DNA from: Macrostomum lignano | Taxonomy: Eukaryota | Direction: 5' to 3' | Length of the DNA: 64,000 bases | NCBI GenBank assembly: GCA_002269645.1 | Contig: NIVC01003656.1 | Location: forward strand, 39,997 to 103,996 | In this document: piece by piece, positions 63,015 to 64,000 of the stretch | Numbering within the stretch: the stretch's first letter is position 1 | Layout of the letters: every line of letters starts with the position of its first letter | Notes under the pieces: generated by a model | Told to the model about the DNA's origin: nothing | Database searches by the model: none | Seen by the model: only the letters and a program-made list of their open reading frames with translations | Made by a program: the position numbers and the translations under genes

Positions 63015-64000
63015 CTACTGAGGACGCTGCACAGCCAGACAGGGGGCCAGGCTGGCCAGGTGCGGCGGCAATACAAAGAGGCTCCAATTGCCAAAGTCGC
63101 GCAGCTGCACGGAGCAGCCGAGGTCGATCAGCAGCAGCTGCAGCGGCGCAGCGGCAGTCCAGTCGGTGATCAGGCGGACCCTGTAGGCCTCCAAAGCGAA
63201 TCCGTTGCTGCGAAGACCCAACAGGCAGGTCCGGCCGGCCGGCTGTGGCCGGCTCAGCTGGACGCCAATGTTCAGCTGCAGCAGCTGCCTGGCCGCCTTG
63301 CGCAAGCTGGCAAACTGCCGGCCAAACTCGTCCGCCCTCGGATGGATGAATTCGTCCGAGCCAGCCGGACAGACGAAACCGGACGACGTCGATGGATAGA
63401 CTGGCGGCGGACGAGATTGAGCGGCCGAGCTGTTGGCCAGACGCAGCAGCTGCTGGCTGGTGTACACAGTGCGAGCCGGCCGGCTGATGGCCTGCAGAGC
63501 GGCCGGGTGGACGGCCACCCGGTGCAGCGGGCCGCTGCATGGCCGGCAGCTGCGGCGGAACCGGACAACCGGCGACACGGCCAGGCGGTACCGAGCCAGC
63601 GGCAGCCGGAACTCGCGGCCGGGTCGGCAGGCGAGAAGACAGGCCAGGCTGGCGGCCGCAGCCGTGGCGGCCGGGGCAGCGATTTCCGGCCGGACTCGGC
63701 GACAATCGCCAGCCGGAAGCAGGCGGACAATGCCGACATCCACAAGGAGGAGGCGCACCTGTCCGACTGGCTGGTCCGGCCTGCACGGCAGCACCTGGCC
63801 GCGGCGCCACGTCGCGGAACCAGCTGGATAGCGGACCACGCACAAGTCGCCGGGGCGCAGGGGGCAGAGCTCATCCACTGCTGCAGCCGGCAGGGCGAGA
63901 TCGCTGGCTCGCACAAACTGAACAGAGCTCCCCGACTTCGAATTTGGGTCACTGAGGCTAACAGAAGCGGGCTGGTTAACTTCTTCATCTCCGGCAAGTT
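63015..64000 (-). CDS. Tudor domain-containing protein (TDRD-like), partial exon with two extended-Tudor-like domains
   Basis: LRPGDLCVVRY....TWRRGQV.....VRLLLVDVG..RLLP...CRRV and GRTCLL......AYRVRL.....LQLLLIDLG.....LFVLPPHLASLAPCLAV follow the Tudor-SN pattern. The frame is open to the window end. The TAG at 63015 may lie inside an intron (CA|GTAGCC). Confidence 0.72.
   Translation of the reverse strand, partial: LAGDEEVNQPASVSLSDPNSKSGSSVQFVRASDLALPAAAVDELCPLRPGDLCVVRYPAGSATWRRGQVLPCRPDQPVGQVRLLLVDVGIVRLLPAGDCRRVRPEIAAPAATAAAASLACLLACRPGREFRLPLARYRLAVSPVVRFRRSCRPCSGPLHRVAVHPAALQAISRPARTVYTSQQLLRLANSSAAQSRPPPVYPSTSSGFVCPAGSDEFIHPRADEFGRQFASLRKAARQLLQLNIGVQLSRPQPAGRTCLLGLRSNGFALEAYRVRLITDWTAAAPLQLLLIDLGCSVQLRDFGNWSLFVLPPHLASLAPCLAVQRPQ

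Overview
This is eukaryotic (animal) genomic DNA with GC-rich exons, spliceosomal introns and AT-rich spacers. Roughly half of the window is tandem repeat. The style (GC-rich exons, a different minisatellite in most introns) resembles the free-living flatworm Macrostomum; that assignment is my inference, not a database result. Genes rebuilt by hand from splice sites and reading phase: a 5'-partial CFAP74 (+, 16 exons seen, with one apparent 1-nt frameshift and one GC-AG intron), an uncharacterised 328-aa gene (-), an indoleamine 2,3-dioxygenase (-, 403 aa, IDO2-like active-site residues), a TTLL10-like tubulin polyglycylase (-), two weaker uncharacterised + strand genes either side of an 18.7-kb 30-bp satellite, and a 5'-partial Tudor-domain gene (-). 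Mobile DNA: a tRNA-derived CORE-like SINE, two LINE 3' fragments, a hAT-type MITE with a perfect 8-bp target-site duplication and a MITE whose terminal repeat has expanded into a minisatellite. I found no rRNA, functional tRNA or CRISPR array. The very long ORFs in the ORF track are products of the satellite. I see no clear new multi-gene system. The best leads are satellite biology (clustered unit lengths, layered ages, an exon reading into the array), the orphan Cys/His protein and the CFAP74-TTLL10 linkage.
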